This document shows positions 54,177 through 62,180 of a stretch of 64,000 bases of DNA, one piece after another (position 1 is the stretch's first letter; every line of letters begins with the position of its first letter). This DNA comes from a virus: IMG/VR virus record IMGVR_UViG_3300026088_000018, positions 3,817-67,816 of that record; one strand, written 5' to 3'. Under the pieces are notes generated by a model. That model was not told the origin of the DNA and made no database searches. It was given only the letters and a program-made list of their open reading frames with translations. A program made the position numbers and the translations under genes.

Positions 54177-55067
54177 TCAGGTCCACAAATCGCGGAATAG
54201 GACGTCGAGTTCGCAGCTGGCGTCCTGGGTGCCGGTCGTCATGGAGATCAAGTTGGCGCCGGGTTGGAGTTCCCACCAGCTCGTCGTCGCAAAGTTGATC
54301 TTGTTGTAGTAGCTGAGCGACGGATCCCCGTTCAGCAGGACGGTCCGGGCGCCGACGTCGATCTCCAGATACGACCCGGCCGACACCGACACCGCGTCCA
54401 GCTCGATGACCCCACCCGTCGTCAGGTTCGTGATCACCGGCTCGGTGAACGCCCCGTACGCCCGCAGGATCGGCGGGGTCGGGATCGTGCCGCTGCTGGT
54501 CACCGTGACCGTGGACCCAGCACCGGCCGGCGTGTAGCTCCAGCCGGACCCGGACACGTAGGACCTCGGGTAGGACCTGCCGGTGTGCGAGGTCGTCGGC
54601 CGTAGCGTGCCGACCTGCTGGGTCGGGTCTTCGAGTACACCGGCCGGGACGACCCATTGCAGCGAGATGTCCAGCATCACCGCGGAGATCTTGTCGACCA
54701 CGTACGACGCTGAGTCGCCGCGAAGTTCCGCCCGCCGCTCCCCCGACCACCCGTCCCGCTGGATGTACAGGAAGGGCCGCTTGTGCGCCGCGGTGAGCGA
54801 GCGGAGCAGGTCGGCGATCTGGTGCCGGGTGCCCAGCGACCCGACGGCGTCGTTGCGGACCAGCAGCCGGCACCGGAACGTCGTCGAGTCGTGCAGGCTG
54901 GTCAGGTCCGTCACCCCGGACCGGCCCACCCGCTGCTGGCCGACCACCCGGGGCGCGGCGAGCGGCAGCTCCGACGAGGCGCAGATGATCGCGTCGGAGG
55001 CGCTCGGTGTCGGCGGCCGCAGCCACACCGACGTGGCGCCGTCGACGATGCGGATCGAGTTGGTCAC
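54177..55067 (-). CDS. Distal tail (Dit-like) protein
   Basis: Directly after tape measure; P.ITNLTTG, L.ID..ARTV.LNG, W.L.PG.N motifs. Confidence 0.8.
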   Translation of the reverse strand: MTNSIRIVDGATSVWLRPPTPSASDAIICASSELPLAAPRVVGQQRVGRSGVTDLTSLHDSTTFRCRLLVRNDAVGSLGTRHQIADLLRSLTAAHKRPFLYIQRDGWSGERRAELRGDSASYVVDKISAVMLDISLQWVVPAGVLEDPTQQVGTLRPTTSHTGRSYPRSYVSGSGWSYTPAGAGSTVTVTSSGTIPTPPILRAYGAFTEPVITNLTTGGVIELDAVSVSAGSYLEIDVGARTVLLNGDPSLSYYNKINFATTSWWELQPGANLISMTTGTQDASCELDVLFRDLWT

Positions 55068-58000
55068 GGCGCCACTCCGGCGACGGACAACCCGAGGTCA
55101 GGTCCGCTGATCTCCACCTTGACCGGCCGGGCGGACAGGGCCTGCGCGAGCCGGGCGATCGTGTAGTCGTCCAGCCGGGTCGGCAGGTCGGCGTTGCGCA
55201 TGTGCTCGTCCGCCCCTGTCGCGTTGTTCACGACATTGAGACCGCGGCGCAACGTGCCCCCACGGTCGAAGCGCGGGACCTTGACCAGGCCGCCGGAGGC
55301 CATGTGCCCGAGGTGCGCGAACGAGGACAGCGAAGTGACGCTGCTGCCGAGGTGCACGCCGCGTGAGCCGGTCGACTCGAAGGCGAGCCCAGCGAGCCAG
55401 CCTGCGGTGTGACCTACCGAGCCGCCGCCGGCTTCGCCCGGGTTGGCCCAGCCGGCCGAGAAGACACCCATGCCGGGTTTCGGGAAGAAGCCGGCTTCGT
55501 TGCTGGTGGAGAAGGTGTGGCTGTAGGGCGACCTGCCGTGAAGGATGTTCCAGACCGCTGACACGATGCCGCTGCAGTCGTACCCGTCCGGGCCGGCCGA
55601 CGCCCAGATGTACGGTTTGCCGTCCTGGGCGCGGAGGAAGTTCTGTGCAGCGCCGACGTCGCCGCCCTCTGCGCCGAAGCCCAGCTTGTTCTTGACCCAG
55701 CTGACCAGGGTGGTGACGAGCTTGCGGGCGGCGCCGATGCCGAGTCCACGGATCGCACCTGCGCCGGGGATCTGACCGAGCAGCCCGTCGACCTTCCCGC
55801 CCAACCATTTCGCCGGGTTGATGATGGCCTCGACCAAGCCACCGTCGGCGTAGCGGCCGATCGCGATGCCGGACGATCCATCGCCGGGATGGGGGGGCTT
55901 GCGGCGGCCGATCAGCGAGTCGAAGTAGTTCACGCCGAGGTCGCGGACCACGTGGGCGGGGATGACGTACTCGCCGTTGGACGCCCAGATCGGGATCTTG
56001 TCGTCGCGGGGTCCGCCCGGCCCGCTGAGCAGGCCGCCGTCGGCCATCGCCGAGGGTGGCTTGCCGCCACCTCCGCCTCCCCCGCCGCCGCCGAAGGGGT
56101 TGCCGACGTGGGGGATGCGGTCCTTGACCCCGACGAAATCCGCGACCTTGTTGATCGAGTCGATGATCCCCCGGTTGATCACATTGTCGATCACCCAGGA
56201 GATCGGCGTCGCGACAACCGACTTGATCCTGTCCCATGCCTTGCCGATGAAATCGACGCTCTTGGAGAAGGCGTGCGGGATGGTCTCGGTGACGAAGAAG
56301 GCCAACTCGCTGAAGATCGGCTTGATGCCGTGGTTCCAGATGGTGCCGAAGAAGTCACTGACACCACTCCAGATGATCTGGATGCCGTGCCAGACGGCCA
56401 CGAACTGAGGCCAGATCACCGCGGTGATATAGGTGATGAAGGCGGAGAAGATGGCCTTGGCGACGCCCCACCAGAAGCCGATCGAGTCGCCGATGGCCTT
56501 GAACGCCGGTCCGAAGATGGTGTGCCACAGCCACAGCACGACGGGCGCGATCACGGCCTCGAAGTAGATCTTCAGGGCGGCGAAAACGATCTGGATGACC
56601 ACCCACCACGCGTGGATCATGAACTTCATCGCCGTGAAATACGGGTGGATGATCGTGTGGTAAAGCCACATCACCACGGCGCCGACCACGTCGATCGCGC
56701 CCTTCACGAACGCGAAGTACATCTTGATCCCGGCCCACCACGCCTTGGCCAGTAACACGATCCCCTCGAACGCCGGCTTGATCGCGTACTTCCACAGCCA
56801 CATCACGGCCGGGACGACGTAGTCCATGAGAATCGCGCGGAGCAGCCGGAAGTAGAACTGGACACCGGCCCACCACAGCCGGACCACGACCATGATCCCG
56901 TCGAAGGCCGGCTTCAGCGCGTGCTGGTACAGCCACACCGCGGCGTCGCCCACGGCGTGGAACGCGACGACCAGCGCGGCCCACACCGCCTTACCCGCGG
57001 TCGCGAGCGCGCGACCAACCGTGTCGACGATCTTGCGGAACTTGTCGAAATGGAAGTACGCGTAGACGACCGCAGCGACCAGGGCGAGCACCGCAATGAC
57101 GATCAGACCCATGGGGGAGAACGCCGCGTCGAGGATCAGCTGAGCGATCGCCCACGCCTTCGTCGCAATCGCGACGGCCTTTGACCAGGCCAGATACAGG
57201 GCGATCTGGATATTCGCGGCGCTGGTGATGACGGCGAAGGTGGCGACGGCCGCGGTCCACAACCACTGCGCCGCGGCGGCGATCCGCATGATCGCGAACA
57301 ATGCGCGGAACGCCTCGGTCAGCTTAACGATCACAACAACGGTCGTTGCCATGGCGACGAGCCCGGCCGCGGTGCCGGCGATGGCGGCGGTCGCCCGGGT
57401 ATGACCGGTGATCCATTCGCCGATCGGGCCGAGGATCCCGGTGATGCGTTCGGTGAGCCGGCCCATCAGCGGAAGCAGCGCCTCGCCGAGGGCGATCCGG
57501 ACCGTGCCCAGGGTGGCGTGCATCTGGGCGAGCTTGAAATTGAAGGTCTGCTGGATGACACCCCAGCCGGCGACGTGGTTCCCGGCCTCGGTGGTGGCCT
57601 TGGACACCATGCCGATCGCGGTCGCGGTGTTGCCGGAGTTTTCCCCGGTCAACATCAGGGCGACGTTCATTCCGGTGGCGTCGCCGGTCGCCTTGGCCAG
57701 GGCACCCGAGTAGGACTGCATGGCCTGTGCGGCGGTGAGTTGCTGGTCGCCGAGCCGGTGGGTGGCGCCGGCCAGGGAGGCGAAACTCATGGCCTGCTGC
57801 GCCTGGATCGGGGTGAGGTCGCGGGCGGCCTTGCGGTACTGGATGAACGTGATCGACCCGTCGAGCAGCCGCTGCCCCAACTCCCGAACCTGCGGCGACA
57901 GGCCGTTCAGGGCGGTCTTCAGCTGCAGGATCACCTGGTCGGTGCCGGGTGGCATCAGCTTCAGGATCCGCTCGGAGATCTCCGCCAGGGTGCCGGACAG

Positions 58001-58822
58001 GCCCTTCGTCTTCAGATCGCTGGCGAGCTGGTTCGTCGTCAGGCCGAGCAGCGCCAGTTCCTTGGCCTGCACGCTGGTGGGGTTCTGCATGTGCCGGATC
58101 GCGTCGGCGAGGTTCTGGGTGGCCTGCTCCGCGGAGATGCCGTGCAGGGTCATCGACGCCAGAGAGCCGAGGATGTCGTCGATGCTGATCCCGGCCGCGG
58201 AGGCGACGGGAAGCACCGAGTGCAGGGCTCCGGTGAGCTGCTCGAACGTTGTCTTACCGGCCGCCGTGGCGGCGACCAGCTTGGACACGATCTCCGCGGA
58301 CTTGTCCGCGGACAGGTGGTAGTCGACCAGCGCGGTTGTGGTCGCGTCGGTGACCTTGGTGAGGTCGGCGTTCTCCGCCTTCGCACCCTCAGCAGCCGCG
58401 CGTAGAACCTTCAGCGCTTCGGCGCCGTGGAACGACCCGGATTCCACGGTGTACATGGCCTTGCCGAGGGCTTCGACGGTGGTGCCGACCGGCCCGGCCA
58501 TGGCCAGGATCCCGTCGCTGACGATCTTCAGGTTGCCGCTGACCCTGGTGCCGGTCTCACCCGCACTGGTCGTCAGTCGGACCATGGCGGCCTCGAAGTC
58601 CCCGGCTGCCTTGACACTCTTCGCCAAGAGCAGGCCGAGGCCGGCCCCGAACCCGACCACCATCAGCTTGGAGGCGCTCGACCCGAACGAGCGGCCGAAC
58701 GCCTCGCCCTGCTTCATGCCGGCGGCGCCGAGCCGGGCTGCGGCCACACCCGCGGCCGCCTCCGTGGGGAACGCCAACATGTTCGGCGCGATCCGGACGA
58801 AGACGGTCGCGAGCGGGGCCAC
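55064..58822 (-). CDS. Tape measure protein (TP901-type core) with C-terminal NlpC/P60-like domain
   Basis: 1252 aa; TP901 core, Trp/aromatic amphipathic repeats, ADGG..GPGGPRDD.IP...SNGEYV, PYIW...GPDGYDCSG...GH. Confidence 0.92.
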   Translation of the reverse strand: MAPLATVFVRIAPNMLAFPTEAAAGVAAARLGAAGMKQGEAFGRSFGSSASKLMVVGFGAGLGLLLAKSVKAAGDFEAAMVRLTTSAGETGTRVSGNLKIVSDGILAMAGPVGTTVEALGKAMYTVESGSFHGAEALKVLRAAAEGAKAENADLTKVTDATTTALVDYHLSADKSAEIVSKLVAATAAGKTTFEQLTGALHSVLPVASAAGISIDDILGSLASMTLHGISAEQATQNLADAIRHMQNPTSVQAKELALLGLTTNQLASDLKTKGLSGTLAEISERILKLMPPGTDQVILQLKTALNGLSPQVRELGQRLLDGSITFIQYRKAARDLTPIQAQQAMSFASLAGATHRLGDQQLTAAQAMQSYSGALAKATGDATGMNVALMLTGENSGNTATAIGMVSKATTEAGNHVAGWGVIQQTFNFKLAQMHATLGTVRIALGEALLPLMGRLTERITGILGPIGEWITGHTRATAAIAGTAAGLVAMATTVVVIVKLTEAFRALFAIMRIAAAAQWLWTAAVATFAVITSAANIQIALYLAWSKAVAIATKAWAIAQLILDAAFSPMGLIVIAVLALVAAVVYAYFHFDKFRKIVDTVGRALATAGKAVWAALVVAFHAVGDAAVWLYQHALKPAFDGIMVVVRLWWAGVQFYFRLLRAILMDYVVPAVMWLWKYAIKPAFEGIVLLAKAWWAGIKMYFAFVKGAIDVVGAVVMWLYHTIIHPYFTAMKFMIHAWWVVIQIVFAALKIYFEAVIAPVVLWLWHTIFGPAFKAIGDSIGFWWGVAKAIFSAFITYITAVIWPQFVAVWHGIQIIWSGVSDFFGTIWNHGIKPIFSELAFFVTETIPHAFSKSVDFIGKAWDRIKSVVATPISWVIDNVINRGIIDSINKVADFVGVKDRIPHVGNPFGGGGGGGGGGKPPSAMADGGLLSGPGGPRDDKIPIWASNGEYVIPAHVVRDLGVNYFDSLIGRRKPPHPGDGSSGIAIGRYADGGLVEAIINPAKWLGGKVDGLLGQIPGAGAIRGLGIGAARKLVTTLVSWVKNKLGFGAEGGDVGAAQNFLRAQDGKPYIWASAGPDGYDCSGIVSAVWNILHGRSPYSHTFSTSNEAGFFPKPGMGVFSAGWANPGEAGGGSVGHTAGWLAGLAFESTGSRGVHLGSSVTSLSSFAHLGHMASGGLVKVPRFDRGGTLRRGLNVVNNATGADEHMRNADLPTRLDDYTIARLAQALSARPVKVEISGPDLGLSVAGVAP

Positions 58823-58826
58823 GGGT

Positions 58827-59100
58827 TCAGCCCCCCAACTGTGTGATCAGCGAAACTCTGGCCCCGTCGTCATCGGGGTGCGCATAGAGCTGGTCGTCCC
58901 ACTTGTCGAGGTCTTCCTGGGTGACACCGTCGCCGGACGGGCGCAGGTAGACGTAGACGAAGTTGCAGATGGCCCGGACGGGCATCAGGTCGAGCGGCCC
59001 AAGTCCGCCGGAGAAACCATGCCCTCGATCAATGAGGGCTCCTTCGAGTTCACCAGTGTTTTCGGCCGCCCAGCCGATGAGTCGCCAGGCGGCGTGGTAG
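58827..59100 (-). CDS. Tail assembly chaperone, frameshift (T) segment
   Basis: Open -1 frame overlapping the chaperone 3' end and ending just before tape measure. Confidence 0.55.
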
Positions 59101-59473
59101 GGCGCGCGGTGATCTTCTCGATGCACCGCTGCACCAGGGACATCAGGTCGTCGGCCTCCGCCTTGGTGTCCATCGCGTGCCGCTCGAACGCCGCCCACTC
59201 CGACTCATCGACACAGTCGCGGATCATCGCGTACAGCGCGGCGAGGCCGGCCATGTCGGACGACTCGAGACCCTGCGCGGAGGCGTGGGCGAACTTCAGC
59301 AGCGGCATCAGCCCGATCGAGGCCGCCATGCGGAACTCGCGACCCATGAACTCGACCTTGCGGCCGTCGCCGACGATCTCGCCTTCGGCCGGGCCGACAC
59401 CCTCCGCCCGGGCCTGCGCATCCTGCGTCGTGAGCCGCCGCGCCTTCGTCGGGCGGCTGCGCTCGCTAGCCAC
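58985..59473 (-). CDS. Tail assembly chaperone (G)
   Basis: Between major tail and tape measure genes; ...RPT.P..SS.G tail typical of actinophage chaperones. Confidence 0.75.
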   Translation of the reverse strand: MASERSRPTKARRLTTQDAQARAEGVGPAEGEIVGDGRKVEFMGREFRMAASIGLMPLLKFAHASAQGLESSDMAGLAALYAMIRDCVDESEWAAFERHAMDTKAEADDLMSLVQRCIEKITARPTTPPGDSSAGRPKTLVNSKEPSLIEGMVSPADLGRST

Positions 59474-60059
59474 GCAGCGTTCCAGCACCGTACGGGGTGA
59501 ACGGGCGGCCGGAGGCGCCGATTTCGAAGTTGAACTCCGCGGTGAAGGTGCCCACGTTGGCGCCCTTCTGCCGCTTCACGGACAGGGTTCCGGTCTGCAG
59601 GCACTGCTCGGCGACCCACCGCTCGGTGTTGTCGTCGGACTCCCAGCCGAGCGCGCATCGCACTTCCTGGCCGGCGGCGGGCAGGATGCCGGTGGACAGC
59701 AGTGTGGTGCCGGAGCCGGTGGTGGTGATGGCCCCGGAGCCGCCGTTGACGACGCGCTTCCAGGTGGTCAGGTTGACCTGCATCAGCTCGAACTTCACCC
59801 CGGAGGTGCGGCCGGTGGTGGTGTAGGCGACCACGTCGAGGTACTCCTCCGCCTCGATCGCGTCGACCTTGGGCGCGTAGGTGAGTTCGTGGCCGCTCTT
59901 GGTGATGCCGATCGGCAGCCACGCCCCGGCGGTGGCCCACAGGTCAGTGAAGACCGAGCCGACGACGGTGTTAGCCGGGAACGCGGTTCCCAGCGGCGCG
60001 GAGTACAGCACGCCCGCGCCGATAGCCAGGGCGTTCTTGGGGACCGCTACGTTCGCCAC
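59466..60059 (-). CDS. Major tail protein
   Basis: 197 aa; G.G.LY.APLGT..P, W..IG.T..G; AAAGGAG RBS; upstream of chaperones. Confidence 0.82.
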   Translation of the reverse strand: MANVAVPKNALAIGAGVLYSAPLGTAFPANTVVGSVFTDLWATAGAWLPIGITKSGHELTYAPKVDAIEAEEYLDVVAYTTTGRTSGVKFELMQVNLTTWKRVVNGGSGAITTTGSGTTLLSTGILPAAGQEVRCALGWESDDNTERWVAEQCLQTGTLSVKRQKGANVGTFTAEFNFEIGASGRPFTPYGAGTLRG

Positions 60060-60098
60060 GGACTAACTCCTTTGGTGGCACGGGTTTCGGGGGAACGC

Positions 60099-60126
60099 AA
60101 AAGCCCACGCGGTTCCGCGTGGGCTT
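60099..60126 (-). terminator. Intrinsic terminator-like hairpin upstream of major tail gene
   Basis: Minus strand AAGCCCACGCGG-AA-CCGCGTGGGC followed by TTTT. Confidence 0.6.
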
Positions 60127-60151
60127 GGGTGATGCAGTTCGAGGTGGGGGG

Positions 60152-60484
60152 TTAGGACTTCGGCTGCTGGGCGGTCTTCTTCGGCGCCGGCTTGGCATCC
60201 GGGTCGGGGAACCGCTCGATCAGCTCGCCGCGGGTCATGTCGTCGACCTGCTCGCGGGTGAGTTCCTGGTCGTGTGCCAGCGCGTAGTCGCGCCACTTCG
60301 CTGCCGGCGCGGTCTCGGCGGGGCGTTCCCACGCTTCCGGCCGGGCCGCGTCAACATCGATCCCGAGGACCAGGCCAAGGTCGGCGACCACGTCGGCGTA
60401 CATGCCGTCACCGGACCGGTAGCCGCACACGCCGTTGATGTAGACGTCCCGGCGGGCGGTGAAGTCATACGGTGGATAGGCCAT
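60152..60484 (-). CDS. hypothetical virion-region protein
   Basis: TGATG coupled; RP...A....W.DYA...MTR.ELI motif. Confidence 0.7.
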   Translation of the reverse strand: MAYPPYDFTARRDVYINGVCGYRSGDGMYADVVADLGLVLGIDVDAARPEAWERPAETAPAAKWRDYALAHDQELTREQVDDMTRGELIERFPDPDAKPAPKKTAQQPKS

Positions 60485-60807
60485 CACACGCCGCCAAGGA
60501 TGTAGTAGGTGACCTCGGCTGCGGTGGCGTCGATGGTGACCGCGACTCGACCATTTGCGTCGCCCCATGCCGAGTTGACCCGGGCGGCCTTCGCCGTTCC
60601 GGTTAGAAGTTGGATGGTGCGATTGCTGACCGCGAGGCCATCCTGGGTGGCGCTGTTGGTCAGGATCACGTTGTGGGTACCGGCTCCGGTATTGATCCAC
60701 AGAACCACAGCGCCAGCGGGGACGGTGTCCGCCGATGCCGTGCCGGTGCGTTTTGTTGATATTGCTCCGGCGGACGACGCGGCGTTTTCGGCGGCGTAGT
60801 CGGTCAT
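60484..60807 (-). CDS. hypothetical virion protein (beta-rich)
   Basis: GGAGG RBS, TAATG coupling. Confidence 0.7.
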   Translation of the reverse strand: MTDYAAENAASSAGAISTKRTGTASADTVPAGAVVLWINTGAGTHNVILTNSATQDGLAVSNRTIQLLTGTAKAARVNSAWGDANGRVAVTIDATAAEVTYYILGGV

Positions 60808-61112
60808 TAGTCCTCCACCCAGTAAATGCACCAAATGCCTGCGATGTAGAGCACGCCGTCCTCGCCGGGAACTCGGATTCCTAGTGCCAGTTCTTCGGGA
60901 TGACCCGGGACTGCCCGCACGTGGACCGGAATCGGGAGGGCTTCCGCGGCGGCACCGTTGGCGCTGTTCCGGCCGGTCGTTGCGTAGCCACCGGCGGAGA
61001 TCGCAACCGTTCCCTCGCCGCCTGATGCGCTGGTCCAACTCATGCCCCAGGCATCGGCGTTGCTTCCGTACATCGGGGACGGGTTCGACGCGAAGTAGGT
61101 GTGGAAGGACAT
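60807..61112 (-). CDS. hypothetical protein
   Basis: AGGAGG RBS; coupled to next gene. Confidence 0.6.
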   Translation of the reverse strand: MSFHTYFASNPSPMYGSNADAWGMSWTSASGGEGTVAISAGGYATTGRNSANGAAAEALPIPVHVRAVPGHPEELALGIRVPGEDGVLYIAGIWCIYWVED

Positions 61113-61126
61113 CCGGCTGGGTCCTC

Positions 61127-61429
61127 CTATCGGTATCGGTCGGCTGAAGGGACGAGGAATGGGCGCGGCGGTAGGTGGACGGTGCCCAGCTCGTGGAAGC
61201 GCATGTAGAACCTGGCCCGCTCCCAGCTCACGTGGACCTCGGGATCGAGTCCGGGCTGCGGTTCGGGGTGGATGGAGTCGGCACCCTCGCCGCTGCGCCG
61301 TGGGGCGCGGGAGCGGGCCTCGGCGGCGATCTGCTCGCCGAGTTCCATCAGCGCCTGCATCACGAGCGGGTCGCTGGTGAGGTTGGACAACGCCGAGCGG
61401 TCCCAGGTGGTTTCGACGTCGTCGGCCAT
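61127..61429 (-). CDS. HK97 gp10-like tail completion protein
   Basis: A..RAP.RSG....SI, FY.RF.ELGT...PPRPFL.P. Confidence 0.82.
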   Translation of the reverse strand: MADDVETTWDRSALSNLTSDPLVMQALMELGEQIAAEARSRAPRRSGEGADSIHPEPQPGLDPEVHVSWERARFYMRFHELGTVHLPPRPFLVPSADRYR

Positions 61430-61460
61430 GGGGGATCGCCTCCGGTCATACGATCGGCAG

Positions 61461-61793
61461 ATGACTGAGCCGGAACGCGAGTACGACACCGTGACCGCCG
61501 CCGACCGCCTCGACGTGCTGCGGTACATCGAGGACAGCGACCCGCAGCCCGTCGCCACCGACACGGCACTGATGGCCCTCGCCGGACTTCGGCTGACGTA
61601 CGCGATCTACCACAGCGGGAAGGACTTCATCCTGTCGATGCCGAACCCGCTGCTGAGGGCGTACGCCAACGCGTGCACCGTGTTCGACCCGTCCGGATAT
61701 CGCGCCAGCAGGGCCGAGCTTCAGACGAGCACCGCACCGACGAGTACCTGCAGCGACAGGACCGCCTCCGGGCCGTCTGGGGAGTTGGCGTAG
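61461..61793 (+). CDS. hypothetical protein, antisense moron in structural operon
   Basis: Strongly GC3-biased plus-strand ORF filling the gap 61430-61720; TACGAT 6 nt before ATG. Confidence 0.6.
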   Translation: MTEPEREYDTVTAADRLDVLRYIEDSDPQPVATDTALMALAGLRLTYAIYHSGKDFILSMPNPLLRAYANACTVFDPSGYRASRAELQTSTAPTSTCSDRTASGPSGELA

Positions 61794-62170
61794 TCGCCGG
61801 TGGTGGACTGGATGCCCATCCAGGTCATGCCGCCGGCCATGTCCGGGTTCACAGCCATTGCCGTGGCGATGGTGTCCGCGACCGCCTCCAGGTCGGCTTC
61901 GGCGGCTTCGACATCGGCATCGGCATCGGGTCGGATCACCCGCGCGTAGACGCCGACGGTGACCGCCTCCGACACCGCCGTACCCAGCTCCGCCGCAAGG
62001 TCGGATGTGACGCCACGGGTTCCGCCGAAGTAGATGACCTTCCTGGTGATGTCGCGGGCCGGGTAGGAGTAGGCAACCTGCCACCCGTCCAAGGCCCCCG
62101 CCGGGGCCGCGAGAGCGGTGAGAGCGTCTCGCAGGGCCCGTTTCGCGGCGTAGGCCATCGTGGACTTCAC
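61721..62170 (-). CDS. Tail terminator/head-tail connector (putative)
   Basis: About 150 aa; position upstream of gp10-like gene and major tail. Confidence 0.65.
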   Translation of the reverse strand: MKSTMAYAAKRALRDALTALAAPAGALDGWQVAYSYPARDITRKVIYFGGTRGVTSDLAAELGTAVSEAVTVGVYARVIRPDADADVEAAEADLEAVADTIATAMAVNPDMAGGMTWMGIQSTTGDYANSPDGPEAVLSLQVLVGAVLV

Positions 62171-62180
62171 GGCGCGCTCC

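Noticed and set aside
58338-60155. 605-aa plus-strand ORF
   Set aside because: Antisense to tail genes, with shadow-type composition
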